NCBI GenBank assembly: GCA_963829055.1
Contig: CAWHHI010000007.1
Coordinates: 1 to 61,125, forward strand
Reading direction: 5' to 3'
DNA from: an uncultured Gemmatimonadaceae bacterium
GTDB lineage: Bacteria; Gemmatimonadota; Gemmatimonadetes; Gemmatimonadales; Gemmatimonadaceae
DNA length: 61,125 bases
Every line of letters begins with the position of its first letter. Within the stretch, counting starts at the first letter, position 1. The position numbers and the translations under genes are program-made. Shown here piece by piece: positions 9,990-19,627 of this stretch. The notes beneath the pieces were generated by a model. It was not told the origin of the DNA and made no database searches. It was given only the letters and a program-made list of their open reading frames with translations.

Positions 9990-10287
9990 GTGGCAGCAGT
10001 CAGAGGCGTGGATCACGGAATCCACTCGGCCACGCGTGACACCGACGTACCGGTTAGGCGGGCGGACGTCGAGCTACGGGTATCTCTGGTGGTTGTACAC
10101 GCTCGCCGGTGGCCCGCCTGACGCGAATACGGCGGATCTCGTGATTGCCGCGTCGGGTGCACAAGGGCAGTGGCTGTTCGTGGTGCCGAAGTACGATCTC
10201 GTTGTGGCGATCAACGCGGGCATCGCGAGCGGGCCCGATCCGGGTCTCGACATGCTGTTTCAGACCATCCTGCCAGCGATGCGCTGA
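9990..10287 (+). pseudogene. C-terminal remnant of a beta-lactamase-like serine hydrolase
   Basis: SEAWITEST..YGYLWW..ASGAQGQWLFVVPKYDLVV is the family C-terminus; no N-terminal SxxK region upstream. Confidence 0.75.
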
Positions 10288-10290
10288 GGA

Positions 10291-10690
10291 GGAAGGAGGC
10301 CTTAGGAGGGCGGAGGGCGGAGGGCGGAGAAAAGGCGTTGTCATCCCGAGCGGCAGCGAGGGATCTGCTCGACCGTGATTGTGGCCGGCTACCTGTGACG
10401 ACCAAGGGAATGAACTGGGGCACCACCAACAGGATTGACGACGGCACCGGCAAACTGCCTGACAGGATTGGGAGGATAGACAGTATTGAACAGAGGCTCC
10501 GTGTCGACCTCGGGTCCCTCCCGCAACGAGTCGGGAATGAGGGGAACCGCCGCTTGGGACGCCACCCTCCCCGAGATGTGTTCCTTCATTCGTTAGGCGC
10601 CGGCGACGCGCTCCCCGACGCCGAGGCGGTGATCTTCTCAATCCTGCCAATCCTGGCCATCCTGTCCTGCCGTTGCCGTTGCTGTTCTTC
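10291..10690. repeat. REP-like mosaic: GGAAGGAGGCCTTAGG/GGAGGGC units, GTCATCCCGAGCG arm and CAGGAT-type inverted pair
   Basis: GTCATCCCGAGCGGCAGCGAGGGATCT at about 10340-10366; CAGGAT-like units at 10463/10472/10481 vs ATCCTG at 10641/10650/10659. Confidence 0.75.
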
Positions 10691-10692
10691 GG

Positions 10693-11424
10693 TCAGGCTG
10701 ATGACAAGCGCGTCACCAGGCCGAGCGCGTTAGGCGTCGCAGCACCCAGCGCGGTGTTGTCGAAAATGCACCAGATGTCGTCAGCCCGTTCCGCCATGGC
10801 GCGTAGCCGCTCCGCCAACCCATCGAGGTACTCTTCGTCATATCCGGAGTAGTACATCCGCGGCGAGCCATGCAACCGTACATACACCACCCCTGCCCAG
10901 CCTCCGGGCTCGGCCGCCGCGGGGACGCGCGCCGGGTCGGCGGCGACACGCGCAACGCGATGAGCACGCAGTTCGTGTCCGACGTTGTCGCCGAACCAGC
11001 TCGGATGCCGCGGCTCGAGCGCCACCGCGCCACGGTATTGCGCGCGCAGGTCTCGGAAGAACGACTCCACCGTTGGCGCGTCGTACGCGAGGCTCGGCGG
11101 CAATTGCACGAGTAGACAACCCAGCTTCTCGCCAAGACATCTTGCATCGGCCAGAAAGACGTCGAGCAGCGCGTCCGTAGCCACGAGACGTTGCTCATGT
11201 GTGATGGCCTTCGGAAGCTTCACCGCGAATCGGAAATCGGCAGGGACGCTCGCGGCCCACTTCTCGTACGTGGCGGGACGGTGCAGGTGGTAGAACGTCG
11301 AGTTGATCTCGACCGCGGAGAACCGGCCAGCGTAGCGCTGGAGCAGCGTGCCCGCTGTCGGAAACGCGGCCTGATCAGCCTTGGGAACCGACCAGCCGGC
11401 GCAACCGATGCGATACGCGAACAT
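10693..11424 (-). CDS. DUF72 (YecE-like) protein
   Basis: IGCAGWS, VEINSTFY, FAVKLPK.ITH, LVQLPPS, EPRH.SW, YVRLHG, CIFDNT. Confidence 0.93.
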   Translation of the reverse strand: MFAYRIGCAGWSVPKADQAAFPTAGTLLQRYAGRFSAVEINSTFYHLHRPATYEKWAASVPADFRFAVKLPKAITHEQRLVATDALLDVFLADARCLGEKLGCLLVQLPPSLAYDAPTVESFFRDLRAQYRGAVALEPRHPSWFGDNVGHELRAHRVARVAADPARVPAAAEPGGWAGVVYVRLHGSPRMYYSGYDEEYLDGLAERLRAMAERADDIWCIFDNTALGAATPNALGLVTRLSSA

Positions 11425-11461
11425 GCCCGCTGCCTGTGCAAGGCACGCACCGGTTTCGCCG

Positions 11462-11852
11462 TTACGTTGCCGCCATAGGGAGTGTGATCTCCGCGAGCGA
11501 TCCAATCCCGATCGGATCGAACGTGAGCCACGGCAGCAGCAGGTGCGCCGCTTCGATCCAGTGCACGTCGACCACCGGCACGAGATCGTTGCGACCCACA
11601 CTCCGCACGACCATCTGCGCCGGCCACATAGACACGGCGCTTTCGTCGCGCTCTGATGCATCGCGCGTCAGGCACCGGACATCGTGCGCCTCACGCGCGC
11701 GTTCCAGCGACTCGATGAGCTCGCGCGCCTCGGTGCCCGTCTCCGCCTCACCGACGACGTGAAAACCCACCTGCACCGACACGAGATGCCTAACGCCTCT
11801 GCGCGCGAGCGGCTCGTCGTCGATGATCGCGACGGAAAGCGCGGTCGGTCAC
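11462..11852 (-). pseudogene. Degenerate LytTR-family response regulator (internal deletion, truncated)
   Basis: VAIIDDEPLARRGVRHL..VVGEAETGTEARELIE (REC N-terminus) joined to LERAR..VVRSVGRNDLVPVVDVHWIEAA (LytTR start); phospho-Asp region and LytTR C-terminus missing. Confidence 0.7.
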
Positions 11853-11881
11853 CCGTGCCGTGCTGCGCGCCGCATCGCTCG

Positions 11882-12298
11882 TCACCGCCACACGGCCAGG
11901 ATTGCGCCAGCCACCATGAAGGACACGAGATTGAATCCCGAATCGATGAGCCAGAGGGCCTTCGGTTTCCCCGAGAAGGTCGCCGTTCCGAAGCTCGTGG
12001 CACCGGCGAAGCCCAGCCAGCATAGCGCGCCGATCAGCGCGCCGTCCACGGCTGACGATGGGGCGAAGTTGCCGACCACGATCGCGAGTACCCACGCGGT
12101 CACGAGGCCGCACAACAGGACGAACAGGTAGCTCATCGGCATGGATCCCGCGTTCGCCTTGAGCTCTGCTTCCGTCTTGCCGATCAGCGCGACCCAGCGC
12201 TTGGCGAACAGGAGCGGCGAGTACCACAGTCCGCCAAGCATGAAGATCACCGCGCCGCTGACGAGGACGGCGATGTTGTTGACGATCGGGAGGGTCAT
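11882..12298 (-). CDS. DUF1761-family membrane protein
   Basis: GGLWYSPLLFAKRW and WLIDSGFNLV motifs, four hydrophobic segments; AGGAG RBS. Confidence 0.88.
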   Translation of the reverse strand: MTLPIVNNIAVLVSGAVIFMLGGLWYSPLLFAKRWVALIGKTEAELKANAGSMPMSYLFVLLCGLVTAWVLAIVVGNFAPSSAVDGALIGALCWLGFAGATSFGTATFSGKPKALWLIDSGFNLVSFMVAGAILAVWR

Positions 12299-12467
12299 TG
12301 CATTCTCCTGGACGTGACGCGGGACACGGTGCAACTGGCGTCGGTCGCGATTCGACGTTTTCGACGATGGGGTCTCATCGCTGACTAGCTTTTAGACTGT
12401 CGGTCACGAGCGCGGTCCGACCTGCGTTCACCACTCAGAGCCCACCACAGTTCACAACGGCTCACTC

Positions 12468-13433
12468 GTGTCTCGCATTCGCTACGCTGGTGGTCGGCTC
12501 GACCGCGCCGCCAAACTGCGCCACGATGACGATTGGGTGTCGGCCGCGTTTGTCAGTGACGCCGCGGTCGCCGTGCTCATGCACAACGACAAGAATCTGG
12601 TCGCTGGCGTCGATGGCCGCGAGGACACACCTCACGCTGCGCTGGTGCCGTTCTCCGTGGTTCGAGACCGGCTCGCGGCTGACCGCCTGACGTGGGCGTT
12701 GCTCGGTCTGGATGGGGAGACACCGGTGTTCGCCGTCGAGCTGCCCGCCGAGGCTGTCGGGGAAATTCCCGAGCTGCATGCCGCCGGTGAGTTCGTAGAC
12801 CTGCGCCGAGTCGGCGCGGTGGTGTCGGCCGATGAAGCGGCGACGCTGTCGTACGCGCGGGCGCTGCTCGCGTGGCATCGTCGCCATCGGTACTGCAGCG
12901 TGTGTGGTACGGCGACGGACAGCCAGCGCGCGGGTCACGTGCGTCGCTGCAGGAACCCGATGTGTCAGCACGAGTCCTTTCCGCGTACCGACCCGGTGGT
13001 GATCATGCTCGTGCTCCGCCCCGCGACGCACGAGCGACCATCACGCTGTCTACTCGGCCGTCACTCGCGCCTTCCGCGCGGCGCGTACTCGCTGCTGGCG
13101 GGGTTCGTCGAGCAGGGGGAGAGCCTCGAGGACGCAGTCGCGCGGGAGGTGTGGGAGGAGACGGGCGTGAAGGTCCGTGACGTGACCTACGTGGCGTCGC
13201 AGCCGTGGCCGTTCCCGTACTCGATGATGATGGGCTTCCGCGCGCTGGCGGAAGCCGAGGACATTGTCGTCGACACCGACGAGCTCGAGGACGCGCAGTG
13301 GTTCACCGCCGCGGAGATCGCGACCTTCGGCGAATGGGAAGACGACTCGGCCACCTTCCGCCGCCCGCGCCGCGACAGCATCGCGCGGGTGCTGCTCGAC
13401 AAGTGGGTGGCGGAGGAAGCGGCGGCGCGTTAG
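12468..13433 (+). CDS. nudC: NAD(H) diphosphatase
   Basis: WH..HRYCSVCG zinc ribbon, FPRTDP, AGFVEQGESLEDAVAREVWEETG Nudix box, SQPWPFP. Confidence 0.95.
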   Translation: MSRIRYAGGRLDRAAKLRHDDDWVSAAFVSDAAVAVLMHNDKNLVAGVDGREDTPHAALVPFSVVRDRLAADRLTWALLGLDGETPVFAVELPAEAVGEIPELHAAGEFVDLRRVGAVVSADEAATLSYARALLAWHRRHRYCSVCGTATDSQRAGHVRRCRNPMCQHESFPRTDPVVIMLVLRPATHERPSRCLLGRHSRLPRGAYSLLAGFVEQGESLEDAVAREVWEETGVKVRDVTYVASQPWPFPYSMMMGFRALAEAEDIVVDTDELEDAQWFTAAEIATFGEWEDDSATFRRPRRDSIARVLLDKWVAEEAAAR

Positions 13434-13461
13434 GTGGCTGGCATCGCGTTAGGCATGGCTA

Positions 13462-13643
13462 GTCGGCATCTCAGACGAAAGGGGCGAACGGATGCTTCGG
13501 ATCTGACGGATTGCCTCCGAGCCATTCGAGGGCTTCGTTCACCGATCGAATCACAAGCCGTTCGGTCGATGATCTCGAAGTCGGTGCTGAATCAATCCGT
13601 TCAATTCGGCAAATCCGTTCGCCCTTCGTCATAGAAGCCAGAC
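13462..13643. repeat. Empty inverted-repeat element with 9-bp periodic CGGAT units
   Basis: GACGAAAGGGGCGAACGGAT..CGGAT..CGGAT (13489/13498/13507) vs ATCCG/ATTCG/ATCCG (13595/13604/13613) then TTCGCCCTTCGTC; between convergent genes. Confidence 0.8.
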
Positions 13644-13666
13644 GTCGCCACCGGCCTAACGAGAAG

Positions 13667-14849
13667 CTATCGGCGCGGCCAGAGCACGCCCTGATTCGCC
13701 CGCGAGACCGCGCCCACGCCCTTGTACGCGAACTTCTGGATGCGTTTGCCCTCGTACGTTTCGGTCGTGTAGATGTTGCCCTTCGAGTCCGTCGCGATGC
13801 TGTGCACGGCGAAGAACTGGCCCGGCTGACGGCCGCCGTCGCCGAAGCTCGTGAGAATCTCGAGCGACTGGCGATCCATCACGTAGACGCGCTCGTTCTT
13901 GCCGTCGGCGAGGAAGATGTACTTCTGCTGCGGGTCGCGGGAGAACGCGATGTCCCACACCGAGCCGTCGCCGCGCGTTAGCGGCGCGATGCGCTGCTCT
14001 TTCACGAACTTGCCATCCTTCTGGAAGACCTGGATGCGATCGTTCACGCGGTCGCACACGTACACGAGGCCATCCGTCGACGGCTCGGCGCAGTGGACCG
14101 GGTTGCGGAACTGCTTGTCCGGCGGCGCGTCCGGGTTGTAGGGCGGGAGCCGACCGTCATCAGGCTTGTTGCCGTACGCGCCCCAGTAGCGCTTGAGCTT
14201 TCCCGTCCCCATGTCGAGGACCGCGACGCGCTTGTTGCCGTAGCCGTCGGAGACGTACGCCTCGCCCGCCTTGGCGTCGAACGAGATCTTCGCCACTCGG
14301 CCGAAGTGCGTGGAGTCGTTGCTGTTAGGCGCCTGGCCCGGCATGCCGTACTGCGCCAGGAACTTGCCGTCGTGCGTGAACTTGAGGATGTGCGAATCGG
14401 CGTTGCCGTTCCCGCCGATCCAGACGTTGTCCTTGTCGTCGATCGTGATGCCGTGGTTCGAGCTCGGCCACGTGTAGCCCTCGCCCGGACCGCCCCATCG
14501 CCTTGACGAGATTGCCTTCGGGGTCGAACTCGAGGATCGGCGGCGCCGAGCGGCAGCACTCGCCGAGCGGCGGCTTTGCGTCCGCGCCGACCTCGGTGCG
14601 CTGATTCAGCGTCGAGTCGCCGCGGTGGATGATGAACACGTGGTCGCGCGCGTCAACGCCGACGCCGATGGTGGAGCCGAGGATCCAGTGGTTCGGCAGC
14701 GGCTTGGGCCACATGGGGTCGACCTCGAACCGCGGTGCCTGCACCGTCTGCACCCGGACCTTCGCCGCCAGCACACGCTGACCGATGCCGAGGGCGGTGA
14801 TTACGCCGACGAGAGTGAACGTGAGACTGACGGTACGCCGCCGCGTCAT
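13667..14849 (-). CDS. Secreted NHL-repeat (PAL-like) beta-propeller protein (frameshift near 14495)
   Basis: FEVDPMWPKPLPNHWILG, YVSDGYGNKRV, YVCDRVNDRIQVF, VHSIATDSKGNIY; signal peptide. Confidence 0.85.
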
Positions 14850-15108
14850 CGACTGCTCCGGGTCTGGGGTGCTGGTTCGGGACGTGGCGTGATTCTACGG
14901 TCGCCCGGTCCGGGACGTCCAGTGCGTCAGCATGCCGGGTCGGCTCAGCCTGCGGTCAGACCCCAATGTGCCGTGGTCGCGTCCAGCAGCGCGCGTGGTG
15001 ACGCGGTATTGCGCAGCAGCTCGCCGCGAATGCAGCCGCGGCAAGGCGCGCCAGCTCGCGGCGAACGTTCGCCGTTGTCATCCGGCTGCCCGACGTATAC
15101 TCGTCCGC

Positions 15109-16489
15109 ATGAAGCGAGACGTACGAGTGCGCGCGAGCGGCCGTCGGTGGGCCGCCACGTGGCGGGCCGGCATCATTGCGATCGGCCTGATGGTCGCGCT
15201 TCCAGCGCGTCCGTTCGCGCACGAGATCCCGCCGTCGGTCACGCGTCGTCGCGTTCGTGAAGCCCGAGACGGGGCGGCTCCGCCTCCTCGTCCGGGTTCC
15301 GCTCGAGGCGATTCGCGACGTCGACTTTCCGCAGCGCGGGGCGGGGTACCTCGACATCGCGCGCACGACGCCGCTCCTGCGCGATGCCGCGAACGTGTGG
15401 ATCGCCGACTACGTCGAGATGTACGAGAACGATCGCCGGCTCGAACGCGGCGGGATCGTCGCCACGCGCGTGTCGCTGCCGTCGGACCGCTCGTTCGCCA
15501 CGTACGACGGTGCGCTCGCGAACGTGACGGGCCCACCACTCGCGGACACCGTGGACGCTGCCCTGGCAGCAGGCCATGCTCGACGTGCTGCTGGAGTATC
15601 CGATCACGTCACCGACGGCGCGCTTCTCGATCCGACCGGCGCTCGCGCACCTCGGGATCCGGACGACGACGGTCCTGCGATTCGTGCCGCCTAACGGCAG
15701 CGAGCGCGCGTTCGAGTACCTCGGTGACCCGGGCCTGGTGCGGCTCGACCCACGCTGGCATCAGGCCGCGTTGCGCTTCGTGCAGCTCGGCTTCGCGCCA
15801 CATCCTCGACGGGATCGATCACCTGCTGTTCGTGCTGTGCCTGGTCATCCCGTTCCGTCGGCTGCGTCCGCTCGTCGCGATCGTCACGGCGTTCACGATC
15901 GCGCACTCGATCACGCTCATCGCGTCGGCGAGCGGCTTCGCGCCCGACGCGCTCTGGTTCCCGCCGCTCATCGAAGTGCTGATCGCGTTGTCGATCGTGT
16001 ACATGGCGTTCGAGAACATCGTCGGTCCGAAGCTCGAACGACGATGGATCATCGCGTTCGCGTTCGGGCTCGTGCACGGCTTCGGGTTCTCGTTCGTCCT
16101 GCGCCAGTCGCTCCAGTTCGCCGGTTCGCATCTCGCGACGTCACTCGTCGCGTTCAACGTCGGGGTCGAGCTCGGGCAGCTGTTCGTGCTCGCGATCGCG
16201 GTTCCCGCCCTGGTGTTGCTGTTTCGGTACGTCGTGGCGGAGCGCGTGGGGACGATTCTCATGTCCGCGCTCGATCGCGCACACGGCGTGGCACTGGATG
16301 CTCGACCGATGGTCGGCGTTGCGTCAGTACTCGTTCACGGTGCCGGCGATGGACGCTGATTTCGTGCTCACTGCTCTTCGTGTAGCGACCATCGCGCTGA
16401 TACTCGTTGGACTCGTGTGGGGGATGTACGTGGTGTTCGGGAAATCCATCCTTCGGCGGTCGGAGTCGAGTACGGCGCCCGAAGGTTGA
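15109..16489 (+). CDS. HupE/UreJ-family membrane protein with N-terminal extension (frameshifted)
   Basis: AHEIP, HILDGIDHLLFV, AFTIAHSITL, FGLVHGFGF, FNVGVELGQ. Confidence 0.85.
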
Positions 16490-16503
16490 GCTCTCTTCGC
16501 TAT

Positions 16504-16660
16504 TGTCATTCCGAGCGGAGCGCCGAAGGCGCGGAGTCGAGGAATCGCGATCATATGGGCAGAGGAGCCCCTCTACCGGGACGAGCACGATTCCTCATCT
16601 GCCCACTACGTGGGCTCCGGCTTCGCTCGCTCGGAATGACACCCTCCGCTCGGAATGACA
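16504..16660. repeat. GTCATTCCGAGCG-type hairpin (REPIN/MITE-like), copy 1
   Basis: TGTCATTCCGAGCG..GTCGAGGAATCGCGAT..CGATTCCTC..CGCTCGGAATGACA (right arm doubled). Confidence 0.85.
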
Positions 16661-16661
16661 A

Positions 16662-17838
16662 TTACTTCTTTCCCGCGGCGACCTTCGACTTCACCAGGTA
16701 TTCGAGCGCGTCGATCGCCAGCTTGTTCGGGTTCACCTTACCGCCGCCCGCGTTTCGCAGCACGATGACGCCAATCTGCTGCTCGCGGTCGAAGTACATC
16801 ATCGCGACGTACCCGGCCACCCCGCCGTTGTGGCCGTACCACGTGAAGTCCCCGCGCCGCGCGACCGAGAAGCCGAGCCCGTAGCCGCCACTCAGCTCGC
16901 CAGTGGCAGCGACGACGCCGCTGTATGCGCTGTCGAGCCGCGCCGACGGAAGTACGTCAGGCGGCCCGTGGCCCAGCTGGAGCACGAGGAACTTGCTCAG
17001 GTCATCGACGGTGGTGAACAGCGCGCCGTTCGGCACCTTGAATCCACGTCCCGCGATGCCCTCGCGGACCGCCTGGCCCGGGTCGGGTCCATTGTTCGGC
17101 GAGATGTCGTACCCCTTCGCGAGTTCCGCCGCGATGGACGGCTCGATCTCGAACGCGGTGTGCTGCATGCCGAGCGGGGTGAGGATGCGCTCCTTCTCCC
17201 ACTGGACATAGGGGACGCCGGCCACTCTGCCTAACGTCGCACCGAGTATCGCGTAGCCGATGTTGGAGTAGAGGAATCGCGTCCCGGGTTCGAACTCGAT
17301 GTCGGTGTGCGGAAGTGCCGCCCGCAACGTGGACTCCCACTGGCTCACCGGACCGGTCCAGAACGGCCCTTCCTCCCTCGGCTCACGCGCGATGCCGGAT
17401 GTCATCGTGGCCAGCTGGAGGACAGTGATTGGCGCCGTTAGGCGTGAGTAGCCCCGGATTTCCTTGATCTCGGGATAGTACCGCTCGACAGGATCGGAGA
17501 CGCGAATCTTCCCCGCGGCGACCAGCTGATGCAGCATGAGCGCGGTGAACATCTTCGTGATCGACCCGATCCGATAGACCGAGCTCCTGCTCGCGAGGCG
17601 ACGCGTGGACATGTCGGCGAAGCCGTAGCTCCTCGTCCACACGAGTCCCTGCGGGGTGACGACGCCGATCGTCAGGCTCGCAATGCTGTCGCGGGCAAAT
17701 TCCGCCGCGGCCATCGAGTCCACGCGTTGCAGCCCGGGCACTGCGGGTGACTGCGCGACCGACGCTCGCGTGCCGAGTACCGTCGCCAGACAAGGACGAT
17801 TCCTGCGATGACCTGCGGCTTCCGGCTGGGAGATGCAT
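16662..17838 (-). CDS. Beta-lactamase-like serine hydrolase (5' end frameshifted)
   Basis: YRIGSITK (SxxK), FLYSNIGY (YxN), GHNGGVAGY. Confidence 0.9.
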
Positions 17839-17985
17839 GAGAGATCCGTGGCACGTTGTCCTGTCCATCATGTCACGCCATTCACGGCGTTGGCGCGCGT
17901 TTCGAGGGCGACGGCGACGACGCGGCCGAATCGAGCGGCGTCACCTCGATGCTGCCGTTGAACGAACGTCGGGCTATTCGGGCCA

Positions 17986-18912
17986 TCATGACTCAGTCAG
18001 TGTGTTCGAATCAGCGTGCGAGGTTACTGCTTGGCGCTGTGCTCGCGGGCTATTCTCGCGCGGCCGCATCAATCCTTCCTGCGCCACGGACGCCACGAGC
18101 GTACCATCGCGAGTATAGAACGCGCCACGGGTGAAGCCACGCGCGCCAGCCGCCGCCGGACTATCCATCGCGTACAGCAGCCACTCGTCCGCTCGGAAGG
18201 GCCGATGCGCCCAGAACGCGTGGTCGAGCGTCGCGAGTTGCAGCGCGGGCGAGCGCGGTGCGACGCCATGCGGCAACAGTGCGGTGCCAAGCAGGCCGTA
18301 GTCGGACGCGTACGCGAGGACCGCCTGGTGGATGAGAGGCTCGTCGGGAAGCTTCTCTATCGCGCGCAGCCAGAGGTGGCGCACGGGTGCTCGCTTCTCC
18401 GGCTGAAACGGATCGAGCGGCGCCACAGGCCTGAAGTCGATCGGTCGATCCTGCGTGAGAATCTTGCGCAGCGACTCCGGAATGCGATCGGCCATGCCGC
18501 GAATGAGATCGAGCTCGTTCGCCAGCTCCTCGGGCGGCGGCACGTCGGGCATTGGCGTCTGATGCTCGTAGCCCGCTTCGGCGATGTGAAACGAGGCCGA
18601 GAGGCTGAAGATCGCGCGGCCGTGCTGGATGGCGGTCACCTGGCGCGTCGAGAAGCTCGCGCCATCACGCAGGCGATCGACGAAGTAGACGATGGGCGCC
18701 GCGAGATCGCCGGGAAGAATGAAGTAGCCGTGCAGTGAGTGCGCCTCACGCGGCGCGTCGACGGTGCGTCGCGCGGCGACGAGCGCCTGCGCGAGCACCT
18801 GGCCGCCGAAGACGCGCCCGGTGCCAATGTCGCGATTGCGTCCGCGATAGATGTTGACCTCGAGCGGCTCGAGGTCGAGCAGATCCAGCAGTTCGCGGAC
18901 AGGGAAGGACAT
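17986..18912 (-). CDS. tesB: Acyl-CoA thioesterase II
   Basis: RVFGGQVLAQAL, HSLHGYF, LRDGASF, LAYASD, ATLDHAFW, ASVAQEGL. Confidence 0.93.
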   Translation of the reverse strand: MSFPVRELLDLLDLEPLEVNIYRGRNRDIGTGRVFGGQVLAQALVAARRTVDAPREAHSLHGYFILPGDLAAPIVYFVDRLRDGASFSTRQVTAIQHGRAIFSLSASFHIAEAGYEHQTPMPDVPPPEELANELDLIRGMADRIPESLRKILTQDRPIDFRPVAPLDPFQPEKRAPVRHLWLRAIEKLPDEPLIHQAVLAYASDYGLLGTALLPHGVAPRSPALQLATLDHAFWAHRPFRADEWLLYAMDSPAAAGARGFTRGAFYTRDGTLVASVAQEGLMRPRENSPRAQRQAVTSHADSNTLTES

Positions 18913-18998
18913 GGAACGGGAACGGGGAACGGGGAACGGGGAACTGACGACGCGGGTAACCCTTGGCACTTCCGTCGCGCCGAGCGTAGCATGAGTGT

Positions 18999-19607
18999 AT
19001 GGCAAATCCCTTCCCGCGCGACCGGCTGCTCACCATCGAGGAGTACTTCCACCTCGAAGAGCAGAGCACCGTTCGACATGAATACCTGGATGGTGAGATT
19101 CGTGCGATGTCCGGCGTTACTCGCCAGCATAGTCGGATCACGATGAACGTCGGCGCCAGAGTGTGGGCAGCCGCACGCGGCGGGTCATGCCGGGTCCATC
19201 AAGCCGAGGTCATGCTGCAGATCGGAAGGGTGGTGTACTACCCCGACGTCATGGCCGCGTGCGGTAGTGAGCCCAGCGATCCGCGGGTCGAACTGGATCC
19301 CTCACTCATCGTCGAGGTGCTATCGCCCACCACCGAACGTACAGACCGCGGTGAGAAGGCGATGACCTATCGCGGCCTTCCGAGTCTCACGACGTACCTC
19401 ATTGTCGAGCAGGACCGGCGCTGGGTCGAGCGTCAGTGGCGTACGCCGAACGGACCGTGGCAGCGCGAGATCTTCACCGACGCCGGTGCCGTCACAATTG
19501 CCACTCCCTCGCTGACACTCACCCTCGATGAGATCTATGAGGGTGTGACGATGCCCTCGCCGACGGAACGCCTGCGCCTGCGCGAGGAGGCACTCGCGTA
19601 CGGGTGA
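18999..19607 (+). CDS. Uma2-family PD-(D/E)XK endonuclease-like protein, copy 1
   Basis: RHEYLDGEIRAMSG, YYPDVM, IVEVLSPTTERTDRGEK. Confidence 0.92.
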   Translation: MANPFPRDRLLTIEEYFHLEEQSTVRHEYLDGEIRAMSGVTRQHSRITMNVGARVWAAARGGSCRVHQAEVMLQIGRVVYYPDVMAACGSEPSDPRVELDPSLIVEVLSPTTERTDRGEKAMTYRGLPSLTTYLIVEQDRRWVERQWRTPNGPWQREIFTDAGAVTIATPSLTLTLDEIYEGVTMPSPTERLRLREEALAYG

Positions 19608-19627
19608 GCGAGGCGTGAGGTGATGCG

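Noticed and set aside
18912..18944. GGAACGG(G) short tandem run upstream of tesB as a contingency locus
   Set aside because: Only about four imperfect non-coding units, similar to the GGGAATC run at 27874; no evidence of variability.
18999..19607. Uma2 and GxxExxY nucleases as an anti-phage defence island
   Set aside because: They are solitary and far apart, with no methyltransferase, ATPase or other defence partners.
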